DNA of 64,000 nucleotides from the NCBI RefSeq assembly GCF_018977255.1, contig NW_024704743.1, positions 54,252,001 through 54,316,000 of the forward strand. The letters run 5' to 3'. Every line of letters starts with the position of its first letter. The stretch's first letter is position 1. The position numbers and the translations under genes were made by a program. This DNA comes from Callorhinchus milii (taxonomy: Eukaryota). The notes below the pieces were generated by a model that was given only the letters and a program-made list of their open reading frames with translations, made no database searches and had not been told where the DNA came from. Positions 26,935-39,856 of this stretch are shown here, in pieces.

Positions 26935-27350
26935 ATACCTGAGCTGGGGGTTGGGATCAGGAGGAATGGTGGGCAGGTTGGGGGGCAAGTAACAGCCTGG
27001 AGCCCACTGAGCAGAGTGAGTGGACAGGTTGGTATGGAGTTAGCAGGTCACAGAGGTAGGAAGGAGCGAGGCCATGGAGGGCTTTGAAAGTGAGCATGAG
27101 GATTTTAAAGCCAACAGATTGAGAATGGGGTTTATAGATTTATGCAGCTTGGTACGAGAGAGGACACAAGCTGTAGAGTTCTGTATAATCTGCAGCTTCT
27201 GGAAGGGAGGAGTTGGGATGACCGACAAGCAGGCATTTAGCATAATCAAATCAAATGCATGGATGAGGGTCTTGGTGGGAAAGGAAGTGGCAGAGCCAAA
27301 CAGTGTTGCAGCGGTGGGGAATGGCAGAACGGGTCATGGCACCATGTCAA
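26935..27350 (-). mobile_element. L2 3' fragment
   Basis: KLQIIQNSTACVLSRTKL. Confidence 0.85.
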
Positions 27351-29160
27351 AATAGAGACCAATATGGCTGTGAAAGGGTTAAATAAAGTCCAGTCATTAA
27401 TAATCATAAAACAAAAGACCTTTGATATACTTGATAAGTGAGTAGCTTGAGTACTGTTTATTTGTACAGCTATAAATCCTAGAATATAAGAAAGCAGAAT
27501 AGAAATGTCCATTAATTCACCTTTTCAAGCCTCTAGATTAATTGAACTGGCTGTGTATTACTGAATCAATAACAAAACAGCAGTCTATAAATACAGTCAC
27601 TGCACTTTACAGCAAATCCTTTGAGATGTTTCAATGACATTATCAAATGTAAGGATTATAATACAGCAATAAGACTTGCCCATTCTTATGCTTGAACACC
27701 AGCTAGTCTGTCCATTTTATGTTTTCTTTTCCATGATTCCCCCACATCCCTCAACAAGTCACTTCTTCATATTTAGCCAAGAGGGCAGAGCAGAGCAACT
27801 CTTGTCTGACCTATTGTCCCTCCATATCAATTTAACACAAAGTTTACTTTTGTGGGACCAAGACAGCCTTTGTTATGTATTACCATTATTTGAGACCTCT
27901 AGAAGATGTGAAAAGCGCTGTATTAAATGCAAGGATTATTATTATTATTAATGTTACCTCCCAATGTCCCAGTGGATCTGTGAGGTTATCTACCTCATTA
28001 TTGGGCTAAGAGAAGAGCAAATGTATTAAACATGTAACAGGCGGATTGAGAATCAAACAATTCAGTATTTTAACATGTGATGGTGCAGGAGTGAAGCTGG
28101 GACCATCTCCGCTGAATAGTCAGACTACCCAGGAAACTCATCTGTCAGATATGCTCTTCAATGTAGGAAAGATTAATCTGTCCATTTTAAAATTGTTGAT
28201 ATTACTTAAACCATATAACTCACAACAAAAAATGTACAGCTTTTTAAATGCTTGCTGAGCTTGGCATAGAAAAATATTTCCCTTTCTTGAAAAAAATTGA
28301 ATTGGTCTTTCAAAAGTACATAAATGCACAATGCATTTCAAGCAGTATTAAAGATAATTGGAAATATTCAAAGATAGCCCAGCTAAAATTCTACACTGTC
28401 TCTAGGCATCCACTGTGATGTAAATCTTTAAAAGCTTTTCTTGTCTTGGGGTCACTCCACGAAAGACAGCACAAAGCAGGTTGAGAAAGTAGAGTCAGAA
28501 AGCAACAAACAACCAAGTAAAGTGGCGAGATGATTATCAGAATTTAGTGACCTTCAGGATAGCTTGTGATAGCTTTATCACTGGGCAATAAAGAAGTATC
28601 CCCAATTTATGTTAACGTCATCTGACAATGTAGAAAAGACTTGGCTGCATTTAGACTTTCATGAAAAAAATTTAGATCCTCTTGTTTCATCTGAATAAGA
28701 ACCTCTAAATGGCAACACTGTGGTTTATTGGCAGTCTGGAGAAACGACATTCTGTTTCACATGTGACACATCTTCCCTTGCATTGTCGATATGCCACTAA
28801 AATATTTTCCACCGATGTATACAGAAGAAAAGCTCCGACACATCTTTGTCCTGTACAACCCTTTTTTTTGTGTGTGTCCCAGAGTGGTTTATAACTTTTC
28901 CCATGTCCATTAGGCCTTGGAGCCTAATCTTGGAGTACCAATAGCTCCCATGGTGAGATCATTTAAGTGAATTATTTTAAGATCAAACAGCCAGCAGTGA
29001 CAATGAGGTCCGATGTAAGGTAAATGCTTCAAAGGCTTTCTTCTCAAATTGTGGCTCTACAGGCTATTCATCACCTCCCGACAGGGCTAGCCCCGCTATT
29101 AGTTGGCTTTAGCTGCAGGCTAAGGTAGCACCACTAATTGGCCTTTGCAACAAAACTGAC

Positions 29161-29421
29161 CTGTGGACAGGATAAAACTTGCACTAAACTTTTTTAAAAA
29201 ATTGAAGGTCAAAGCAAGACTACTACAGCTACCAGTTATGCCTGGCAAATTAATTTCTTCCCCTTCAGACAGTTCATACAGTGGGTCATCTGCATCACTA
29301 CTAGTGTTCAACAATTGGCCCTTCAGGTAACTCAAAAAGGTCCACTTTTATGCCTTAAGGACAAACGGGTCTATCGTTTTCCTCAACCCGTCCAGTTCCT
29401 CACAGTCAGAGGCTTTGATCT
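29161..29421 (-). other. Candidate 261-nt cassette or alternative terminal exon with one in-frame TAA
   Basis: Strong acceptor ttgttctgtctcccattattctcag and donor CAG|gtcagt. Phase 1-1; reads EIKASDCEELDGLRKTIDPFVLKA*KWTFLSYLKGQLL...FILST. Confidence 0.3.
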
Positions 29422-29723
29422 CTGAGAATAATGGGAGACAGAACAATTTAAAGTCTTGGTACAGGTGCAGGGAGTTTATTTAACAGGTTGTGCATTTTTT
29501 TTACCCCCACCCCCAGCACACTGACCGTGCGCATACAAATAGATTTTCTGCTGATTAATGCAGGTGAAATGGCAAAAGATTCACAACAAAGGCTTGATCA
29601 CACCTGCAGGAATAATGCATTTTAAAACCATGCATAATTAAAGTCAAGGAGAATAGTTTAGCATTCCCACTGACAATGAAACTCTTCCAGCTTCGAACAA
29701 GATTATTTAGAACAAATTCTTAC

Positions 29724-29791
29724 CTGGTGAACAACACAGCATCTTGAGCTGCTTCCTGCATATAAAGAGCTTCCAATTACCGTAGGAGTCC
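29724..29791 (-). CDS. Candidate exon (68 nt); (R)DSYGNWKLFICRKQLKMLCCSP
   Basis: Acceptor tgttctctttgaaatgcag and donor CAG|gtaaga; phase 2 to 1. Confidence 0.6.
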
Positions 29792-30014
29792 CTGCATTTC
29801 AAAGAGAACATTTGCCCTAGGTCAGTTAGCTAGATCTCTGCACCGCATAAACATGGAGTATGGGGAGAAGAGGGGGCTCAGAATAAATTGTAAGACCTCA
29901 TTGAGCCTGGGAGAGGAAACAAGTGATTGGGTTGGCTAAAGTTGTACACAATAAAATCCCTTTTACATGCTTAGTGATTGCTATTGCATTTTATTTTCCT
30001 AAAGCATTACTTAC

Positions 30015-30034
30015 CTGTACTCATCATCCTTCAA
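30015..30034 (-). CDS. Candidate 20-nt micro-exon; LKDDEY(R)
   Basis: Near-consensus sites: ccccacccccttttag|TTGAAGGATGATGAGTACAG|gtaagt. Only one frame is open, and it is in frame with the next exon across a 223-nt intron. Confidence 0.6.
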
Positions 30035-30149
30035 CTAAAAGGGGGTGGGGAGAACAACAGTCCATGGACTTTTCTTCAACTGCTGTGACATTGTTCTTCA
30101 ATTAGTTGATGGGATTGTTGTTGGCAGATCCTGTGTTGGCAGATCCTGA

Positions 30150-30610
30150 TGTGCGTAATTGGCTGCTGCATTTTGCCCACAAAATATACAGTCAATTCAC
30201 TTTACAGTATATTCTGTGAAGCGCTTTGAGATGTCTCAAAAACGTGATAAGGCGCTGTATCCAATGCAAGGATTATTATTATTATTAAAACTCCCCACTC
30301 TACCTCTGTCATCTTCCTAAACCTTACCAATCCACCTGCTCCCTCCACTCGGCAAGCACTGGCCTGCTCCATGACCCCACCATGCCTGCTCCACCATCGG
30401 CCGCCGGGCTTTCAGCCTATCCGGCTCCAATCTCTGGACTCCATCCCAGAGTCCCTTTGCCTCGCCCCTTTCCTCGCCTCTTTCAAGGTCTGTCTCAAGA
30501 GCTTCCTCATTGACTGTGCCTTCGGTCATCTTCCCCCCTCACCCCAGCAACTTGGGTCATCCTCCCAACGTGAAAGGTGCTACATAAATGCAATTTGTTA
30601 TTGTTGTTGG
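30150..30610 (+). mobile_element. SINE 3' fragment (30150-30286) followed by L2 3' fragment
   Basis: SINE tail ending (tta)n; L2 FKVCLKSFLIDCAF and (gtt)n tail. Confidence 0.85.
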
Positions 30611-32426
30611 TGTTGTTTTGAAGTCATCTTTTTATTAATCCCACTTCAACAGATCCAGAAACACAGATACTGGTAGAGGATGATTCATACGGGTTTCTCA
30701 ATAAAAATTGGAATTAAGGAGTAAGATGGCAAATGGTAATTTCTCTCATTCTCTCCCTCCTCCTCCCCCAAGGCAACACACTCCATTGTTATGAGACATC
30801 TCTGGGAAAGCGATAAACTAAAAAAGAACAGAACTCATTGTGAACAGGGCTGGCAGACTCAAGTGTCCCACTTCCCTGGGAACCCCTTATAATAACATCC
30901 AATAATAATAGAAGCCCCCCGATCAGCATCTATTTATGAGGCCAGATGTTTTACTATAGTACTTGATACTAGACAGGCTATAGACAGAACACAATATAAA
31001 ATTACTTTAATTATCACAACACAATGCCTCTTTGGTACTTCAGACTATTCTCCCTTCAGTGATTGAACACTAAAGATCAGTAAAATGGCAATACCGCAAT
31101 GCATGCTGCACCATTTTACAAGTAAGAAAATGTGCATAATTTATTGAACCATATTTTAAACTGTAATTACAGCAGGGTTTTAAACGCTATGAATGAAGTA
31201 ATTATGACACACTCAATGTGATTTAATAATGAATAGACATCTTCTGTCGGGAAAGCTGTTCATACTTTATTAGTCTATAAATCCACATATTAAATCGCAA
31301 TTACCTCTGTTTGTGGCTGCTACCAAATGCAATAATTATGACATAAAATATGGAGTAATAAACATAGAGCCATAGTTTCAATTAAATAAAACTGTATGGA
31401 GTTCCCCTAACCTTGTTGAATAAATACAAAATCCCTGCAACAGGTTTGCACATTGTTGTGCTTTGCACCTTAAGGGTTAAAAGAAACCTCCCATAAGCAG
31501 ATACTGCTTGTTAAATATGGCTTAACCAAGAAAAGGTTTATTGCTGCTTTGATCTTTGTAAGTTGGGGGAGAAAAGAAGAGTTTGCTTTGCATGTTCAGT
31601 AAAATTGACACCAGTTCACATCATGGCTCTCCCCTCAGGATATAAATGTCAATCATTGCTTTGTTGTTTTGCTATTCGGTAAAAGAAGATGGAAATGGCA
31701 TTTATGGGAAACATTAGAGGCTAAGTGGATAATTTAAAAGTTATGTCCCTTTCTTTTGATTGGACTAGACAGGCTTTTTTTTACCAGCAAGATTTTGTCA
31801 CACACTCTGGGATACTTAAAACACTCACATTTAAAATACTGTAACCTCTTCAAAGCACTGTACATTTTCTCCCAGTTCAAGAATGAGCAGAGATGCACAT
31901 CCAAAAGTCATGGAAATTACTCTTGAGCACTTAGAAAGGAGGAGGACTCTTTAGCCGTGGTATTACTTAACACATAATACCACAGCTGTAATCTTTCCTG
32001 GCTAGAATTAATAGCTGCTGTAGTGCATCCTTAATGTAAATCACACACCTCTATTCGTTTAAGTCTATTCTCTTAATTTTATGGAAGCCTCTTTCTGTCT
32101 ATGCCTCATAATGAGGCTTATTTTCTGCTGTGCATAGTTTTATGCTACGGACCTTCATCCTTAACTGTGTAATTGCTAATCTGTTAATTGTTAATGAGCT
32201 CCTGAAGCAGGTTCTTTCACTGTGGGAAAGCACCTCAATGATTAGGTGTAGTGACCTCAATAGCAACTTGCATTTAGACAGCATGATTTACATGACTCAA
32301 AGTGATGAGTGACAGTGTACTACAAGAAGCTTTTGAAAGCAAAGAGAGAGGTAGCAAGACAAAGTGTGTCCAAGAGCGATCCAGAGGACAGGAGCATGAT
32401 GGTTGAAGACTTAGCCTCTCATATGA

Positions 32427-32990
32427 ATAATAATATTAATAATGATCCTTGGATTTGATATAGCGCCTTATAACATCATTGAGAAGTCTCAAAGCGCTTC
32501 ACAGAATATAATAATAATAATCCTTGCATTTGATATAGCGCATTATCACGTCTTCAAGACGTCTCAAAGTACTTCACAGAATATAGTGTGAAGTGAATTT
32601 ATTGTATATTTTGTGGGCAAAACACGGCAGCCAATTGTGCACAGTATTATCTCACGAACAGTCGTGGATTAGTTGACCAAATAATTTCTTGAAGGAATTA
32701 TTACCCCCGGAAAAGCAATATTTTGTATATTTTATTGCCGCAACTTTGCAGCCAATTGTGCACAGCAGTGTCCCACAAATAGTCGTGGATTGAGTGACCA
32801 AATAATTTTCTTAAGGGATTATTACCCCCAGTTCGCCAATTGACTAACAACTGGGTTCCTACATACTGATAGGTAAACAGAGGTACGTGGAGTAAGAAAA
32901 CTTGCCTAAGGTTTCGTCCCATCCAGGAATCAAACCCAGGTCCTTTCACTTGCAAGGAGTGTGTTCTAGCCAATACACCAAAGGACTCCA
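32427..32990 (-). mobile_element. Stack of three partial copies of the tRNA-headed SINE
   Basis: Two consecutive tails (32427-32510, 32511-32715) plus a long-form head and body (32745-32990). Confidence 0.85.
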
Positions 32991-34539
32991 TGATGGCTGT
33001 GACAGGAAAGCAACATGGCTGCTAATAGCGTGTCTCACTCCCCGTTTCTGTCAAAATCATCTTTGAAACAGATTTCACAGGACTTTCCTTTTCACATGGT
33101 TCAAAAAAGGTGAAAATTTTGATTTTTTAAAAAATCCACAATTTTATCTGATACTATAAAAATTGGGCATTCACTTTATGGCTGTTTGTGGGACTTTATT
33201 CTGTGCGAGTTGGCTGCCACGTTCACTTACAAATACACAGTCACTACAATTTACAGAAATCTTTGTGAAGCTCTTTGAGATATTTTGACATGATAATGCA
33301 GCAGTTCAGCTCTTTACCTCTGCTCCTGTCTCCCAGGTCCATAATACTGCAAACCCATTGTACAGAAGGAATTCTCCCTGAAATGGGAGAAGCAGTTACT
33401 TTAAAAATGATTCCATATTATTATTCTCAGGGTGAAGTCCACACAACCCACTATGGTGCAAATAACATACGTAGTATCAAATCTGTTGTTTACAAGTATG
33501 AGTCATTCAGTGACTGGAGATTGAGCAATCCTCACAACCTTCAGACTTGTGGATTGCAGGAGCAGTTACCATGCATTGGTTTACCTAGATAAATACTATG
33601 GAGTTGGCCTGATTACCTTTAGAGATTAGAGGGTCTGTGTGCAGACGTAGAACCCAGGAGATTAAATATGTGGAGTCCATAATATGGATGCATTGTAGAT
33701 GCATTGTGGAAGAATCAATGAATGATAGAAAGTACAGCACAACTGGAGGCCAGGTGGTATTTCAGCCCAATGTGTCTAAACTGTTCCTATCTCCCTCATT
33801 GGAACTATCTGTTTGAATCCTATTCCACACTTCTTTTCTCTTATTCATTTATAATAATAATAATCCTTGATTTGACATAGTGCTTTTTCACATCTTTGAA
33901 ATGTTTCAAAGCGCTTTACAGAATATACTATAAAGTGAATTGATTGTATATTTTGTGTGTGAAACTATCAATTTTCCTCAAGTATTAATTAAAGTGGGCT
34001 TGGTTAACCAAATTGTCTTTTCTCATTTTATATCTTTCAATGGAAACATAATAAGCTCACTGCATCCAAACACTGCCTATTTTTTAGAGTTTGTTCAAAG
34101 TTATGTTGCAAAGAAAAGTAACTTTTTGTGTGACAACGTTGTGTGAGTCTGCTGTATTGACTCTCGTTTAGTCATTGTGCTTTTACAACAACAACAAAAT
34201 TACATTTATAGAGTGCTTTCACGTCGGTAGGATGTCCCAAGTGCAGGAGACCAGAATAGATTCAAAGAGAAAACAAGATAAATAAGTCAATGGTTATGTA
34301 ACCCCAAGTTTGTGCTTTAAAATTGTGCAGGTTGTGAGAAGACTGATGTAGTTAAGAGTTTGAGGTTATGTAAAAAAAGTTAAAAAGGAGTAGCTGTTGG
34401 AATGAGTTTAGATTTCAACACAATGGGGGATGAAACAGCACTGGTGGGAAAAAGAGATTGTAAATGGTAACTTGTGCTGGGAAAAATGCCTCAGGATGTA
34501 AGGTAAGTCTCTCCTCCAATGAACTGCATCCATATAAAA

Positions 34540-34960
34540 TCATAGACATTTACAGCGCAGAAGGAGGCCATTGAGTCTGCACCAGCTCTTAGAGCAAGGT
34601 GTTCATTCAAATCCTGCTTTACCCCATATCCCTCCACACTTCTATCTTTCATATACCTCGTTACTTCTGTCTTTCGCCCACAAAATATACACTCAATTCA
34701 CTTTACAGTATATTTTGTGAAGTGATTTGAGACATCTCGAAGACATGATAAGCTGCTATATCAAATGCAAGGATTATTATTATTATTATTTGAAACCCAC
34801 AATAGACTGCCTTTATCACCCTACTTGGAAGGACATTTCCACATCCCAACAACTGAATGAAAACGATTCTCCTAAAATCTCCTTTCATTCTACTTGTGAC
34901 TATTTATAACTATGGCTAACACTGACTCTCCTGCCATTGGAATATCATACATATGTCTGT
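34540..34960 (-). mobile_element. CR1 3' fragment with inserted SINE tail (34672-34789, + strand)
   Basis: CR1 tail aatcatagacatttacagcgcagaaggaggcc; ttccacatcccaacaact. Confidence 0.7.
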
Positions 34961-36019
34961 ACAATGCATGAGAACTCAACTCTGAGGGGATCTGATGTTG
35001 GAGACGAGTTCTAGTGGGCAGGTTTGAAACACTTGAGGTTCCTGGATGAGATCAAGTTCAGCGTGAATGCTATTTACAATGTCCTTTCACTTTGAGCACT
35101 TTTTATATCCTAGTGAGAATGCAGGAAAGAGAAATAACAAGTAAGAAGGTGGATTTTGAATTTGGAATGGAACAAACGATTTTTTCAGACTGCCAATGAG
35201 TACCATTATGTGATTTTTGTTAAAACCAAATGTCACGAGTTTATAAGTCAAAGTATATATAGTAAGAAGTTAAAATTTTATATCCCCTTATCATGTGAAA
35301 GCATGTGAAAGACAGGCAATTACTGTCATGTGTAGTGACCGGTTTTGCAGGCAAACATAGCAGCTGTTTTCAATGCATATCAAAGTCCCACAAATAATCA
35401 TGAGGTGAATGACTAATTAATCTGTAGGATTGTTTGCCCAGTCACCAGGAAAAACTCCCTTCTCTTTTCGAATAGAGCTATGGCATTATGAACACTGACC
35501 AGTACAGACAGATGCAGTTAATGAGATCACTGCAGCTGGTTTGTGCAAAATAGTAAAAAAAGATACTAGTTGTTTTCTTGACGTGACAGCAAATATCAAG
35601 ATATGAATCTGCTGAAATAACCGAATAATAATATCTTGTTAAATTAAATGATGAGAGAGACAGATTTTTTTCTACATGATCTTGGAGGTAGAGAAAGTAG
35701 TTACATCTCTCCTGTTTTTGGAAGTACACATCTAATATGTCATATTATGTACCAAATGACTTTGGCGCTCAAAAAAAGGGTTGATTTCAGAAATAATCTG
35801 ACACAACCATATATTTAGAGTTGAACAAACTGTCCTGCAGGCAGCACCGACCTGGTTTCTGCTTGAAGCGCTATTATTATTTGAAGGTTTAAACAATAAC
35901 ATTTGTCACCCATGTGACATTCTGTGACACGTAAGCCAGATGCAGGCTCAAAAGGTGAAATGATGAAATAATTCTCACCAATTAACAGAAAGGAGAACAA
36001 CATGTGGCACTAACCTTAC

Positions 36020-36074
36020 AAGAACCGAAAGTTTGTAGTAAACCAAGGAAGACCTTTTACGTGGCCACAGCTGC
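36020..36074 (-). CDS. Candidate exon (55 nt); (R)QLWPRKRSSLVYYKLSVL
   Basis: Acceptor ccttactcctgtcactag and donor CTT|gtaagg; open in phase 2 to 0. Confidence 0.35.
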
Positions 36075-36289
36075 CTAGTGACAGGAGTAAGGATCATTTC
36101 CTTCAAGTATATTTTGTTGCAAAGGGCATGGAGGAGCTGCATTCCATTAATAGCCATATCATCCCCTTTGCAAATGCTAATTTTTTAAATAGTTTTCCTA
36201 AATAGGCGAATCACCTAATAGTGTCCAACCACTATGAGGTGTTCATTCTAAGTGAAGGATATAACCTATTCAACTGTCCTTTGAATCCC

Positions 36290-36560
36290 ACATCCCTGCT
36301 ATGACCCATTGGCGGTTGGGCCTTCAGCTTTTCAGCCTCCCCACCCTCTGTAACTCCATCTTGGAATCCCTCTGCTTTGCCCTCTCACTTTGCCTCCTTC
36401 AAAGCCTGACTCAGGACCTTCTTCTTTGACTGCACCTTCACTACCCTCTGCCCTTCTTGATTCCAATCTCCATCCCGGATGTAAACGCTTAACTGTCGAG
36501 TGCCTTGGGATGTCCTTCCGGCATGAAAGGTGCTGTATAAATGCAATTTGTTGTTGTTCG
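36290..36560 (+). mobile_element. L2 3' fragment
   Basis: ggcggttgggccttcagc...gtgccttgggatgtccttccggcatgaaaggtgctgtataaatgcaatttgttgttg. Confidence 0.8.
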
Positions 36561-37675
36561 GTAATCATTGTATTTGATATAGCACCTAAACAACATTGAC
36601 ATGTTGAAATGTCTCAAAGTGCTTCAAAGGTAATTGCTATCAAGAGCAGTAACTGTTTCTTTCACAAATGAGACAGTCAATTTACATACAGCCACAAACA
36701 GACAGAAAGTGACAAATTGCCTCATGCGCATTTACTGGATATATTGAATTACACATGCGCAGTGTAGATTACTGATTAAATTGAATTTTATCTGATTGAT
36801 ACAGTTTGCCTGCAACTCAGACTTCATATATGTCATATTAAATGTTATGGTCCCGACTGATACGACTTACGTGAGTTTTACTGTAGTTTCTCTTTCAGTT
36901 AACTTTCAGTCAAATCACAAATTGATTTGCAATTCCTGTGTGCATCCAGATCTGTCAGAGGCTGACCCTCCAGAATGCCGCTCTGTAAGGATCTTCTGCT
37001 GGTAGGTTAGCTTTATCCTTGATCATAGTTTCATGCAAGTTGCAAGGAGATTGGTGTCTGAGTAAAGCTCCAGGATACTTTTTCTATCCTCAAGTTTTGT
37101 AGATTGTCACCAATTGTTTTACAATGTTAGATGAAAAATCCACAGAAGAAAACTCTTTGATATAGCACCTTTCACATTAGAAGATATCTCAAAGTGTTTC
37201 ACATGATATTTGGTGAAGTGTAGTGACTATGACTATGTTTTCTGCAGGCAACTTAGAAAAAAAAGGTGACTTAGAAAAACAAGCAGTGGCACAGTAAAGG
37301 TGGGACGAATGACCTGCTCAGTGCTAAACATTCTGTGTTTGTGTTGTAATATCAGTTTTACATTTTAGTAGAATTCATGGCAATATATAATACATGTTTA
37401 TTACATTTTATACGCTGTTTATAGTGCCCACTATAATGTTTATACAAATCATACAATTTAAGATATGAAATTAGGTCTTCGTTTGCAGTCTGCAATTTAA
37501 AACAATTATCCTTGCACACTCCATTAGGGAACAATAGGGGGTCCTTCACTTTCAGCGGGACCCTCCCAAATCCTATCTGTGCTACACTGGGATTTCACTG
37601 TTAGAACGTGTGAACTCAAGCCAGGATGAGATGCGTATTTGTGTATTTATGGGAGGTGGAGAGGAGCAGTAGCTA

Positions 37676-38168
37676 CTCAAAACTCTGCCGCCCGCATTCT
37701 CACCCGCACCAAACTACGTTGCCCAATTACCCCAGTCCTTGCCAGACTGCACTGGCTGCCTGTCCCAGAGAGGATCGAGTTCAAGATCCTCACCCTTGTA
37801 TTCAAGTCCCTGCACTCCTCTGCTCCCCCCTACCTCTCTGACCTCCTCTCTCCTCGAAACAGCACCCATTGCCTTCGTTCCTCTGGGTCTGGCCTCCTCC
37901 TCGTCCCCCGAGTCCTCACCTCCACCCTCGACGGCCGTGCCTTCAGCCACTATGCCCCGAGGCTCTGGAACTGCCTTCCTCACTCCCTTTGTCTCGCTCC
38001 CTCCCTTCACATTTTCAGGTCTCTGCTGAAGACCTTTCTTTTCGACCGCGCCGTAGGTCACCTTCCTCCCCCTCCCCCTGGCTCGGTGCCAGGATCTGTT
38101 ACTGTAAAGCGCTCTGAGACTCCGTCCGGCATGGAGGGTGCTGTATAAATCCAAGTTGTTGTTGTTGT
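37676..38168 (+). mobile_element. L2 family B 3' fragment, young
   Basis: QNSAARILTRTK...RLHWLPVPERIEFKIL...LKTFLFDRA; closely matches 50760-51254. Confidence 0.95.
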
Positions 38169-38320
38169 AGTTACCAGAAAGCCTCCCTGGTTACCTAATG
38201 CATGGTTACCTCTGTGCTCAGTATAAAAAGAATAAAAGTCCAATAAATGAAAGCCAAAGTCTTGCACTTGTCCCAAACTCCACACGCTCATCACTACAAT
38301 CCTCAACAGCTTCACTGGCT

Positions 38321-38477
38321 TCTGTGGAGAAAGGAAAATTAGTCAACATTTCGGGTCCACGACCCTTCGTCATGCGTTCTGACGAAGGGTCGTGGACCCA
38401 AAACGTTGACTCACTTTCCTTTCTCTATAGATGCTGCCTGACCTGCTGAGTTTTCCCAGCTCTCTCTGTTTTTGTTT
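38321..38477. mobile_element. Palindromic Penelope-type element with degenerate hammerhead cores
   Basis: 32-bp arms at 38341-38372 and 38380-38411 (30/32 complementary); contains ctgacga-agggtcgtggaccc-aaaacgtt. Confidence 0.7.
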
Positions 38478-39856
38478 ATAATATAGCCTAAAACAATTGA
38501 GTGAGTGAATTGTCTTAAGTCTTCCATGACAACATTTAAATAAAAGTGGAAACTCATTAGCTCCTGAGTGATTTATTTGCCTTTTTTTTATAAAAAATAA
38601 ATAAATTCACCACTTCCAGTGTTTGGTCTTGTGAATTTTGTGATGTGTTAAAGTCTGTTATGGAACACAATACAATTCACATTTATGTAGGGCCTATCAC
38701 GTCAGGAGGATGTCTCAAAGTGCTTAAGTGTCGCAAATTTCACCCCAATGGCAGTTCAAACAACTCTCTGTCTAAGTGAGACATCCATACATTTACACAT
38801 GCTTATAACACATGTAAAAGCATATTCCGCTTTGTAAGCGACCTGGTGACACTATTTTTGAACCATGTTCGTTATTATTGAAATTTTGTCATAAGAAGTT
38901 GTCAACTCTAAGACTGTGATGTCACTTTCCATTGGCAGGTCGTAGGTTAATTATTGAATGAGCCAAACTTCTGACAGGAATTGCAGCGCTCACACAGCTG
39001 TCACTTTCTGGACTGAAAATGTTGCCAAATCTGTCACAGGGAAGATTTTTTTTGTTCCGCCAAAAAGCCATTGCTTTCTTTCAGTGAAAATTATTTCCCA
39101 GTGAGTGGCACCGTGGCACTGTGTGTCACTGAGTGCTGGGACATTAGTGCTCAAACTCATTGCCTGAGTGGTGGGGGGGGGGAAGGCGGGGGAAAGAGGA
39201 AAGGAAGGTTTGATCCGCTTTTCAATTTTCCAGCCACTCAGTTCCAGATTCGAGTTCCATGTGGAGTGGAAGCTAAGCATCGCTAGTGGTGCCTGGTGGT
39301 GGGAGAGCAGGGCCAGTAATTTGGATGTAGGTTGCAGAGGTTGGGAGGTCACGTAGGCTCAAGATAATGGGTACTATACAAAGAAAGAATATTTCTTACA
39401 AAGAAAACTTGATAGCAATGGTGGTGGTCTGGGTGCAGGCTACAGACATTCCTGGACCAGAAAACACCAGATAAACAACAACTTGCATTTTTATATAATG
39501 CTGCATGTGGAGGTAGCATCTCAGAGAATTACAAAATACAAGGAAAGAACAAGGAATTTTTTTTCTCTCTGGTGTCGGGAAAGCGTCAGTTAAGGAACTC
39601 TCTGTTCTCGTAACCCTGTGTGACTTCCAGTTAAAGTGAGAAGTTTGTTTTGAAGAATGGAGAAAATAGTTCAAAAGAATCGTTAATAGCTAATTTTCTC
39701 CCCACAAGTTATCCAATGCTTTGATCTGGGTGGCTTCATTGATGCAAAAATGTTTTGGATGTACAACAAGTACTAATGCAGTTTGTTCAATTTCAGCCCA
39801 TTAAGCAGTGAGGATTACACATGTAGTGTTGCCTATAGTCAGACACTCTGGAAGCA

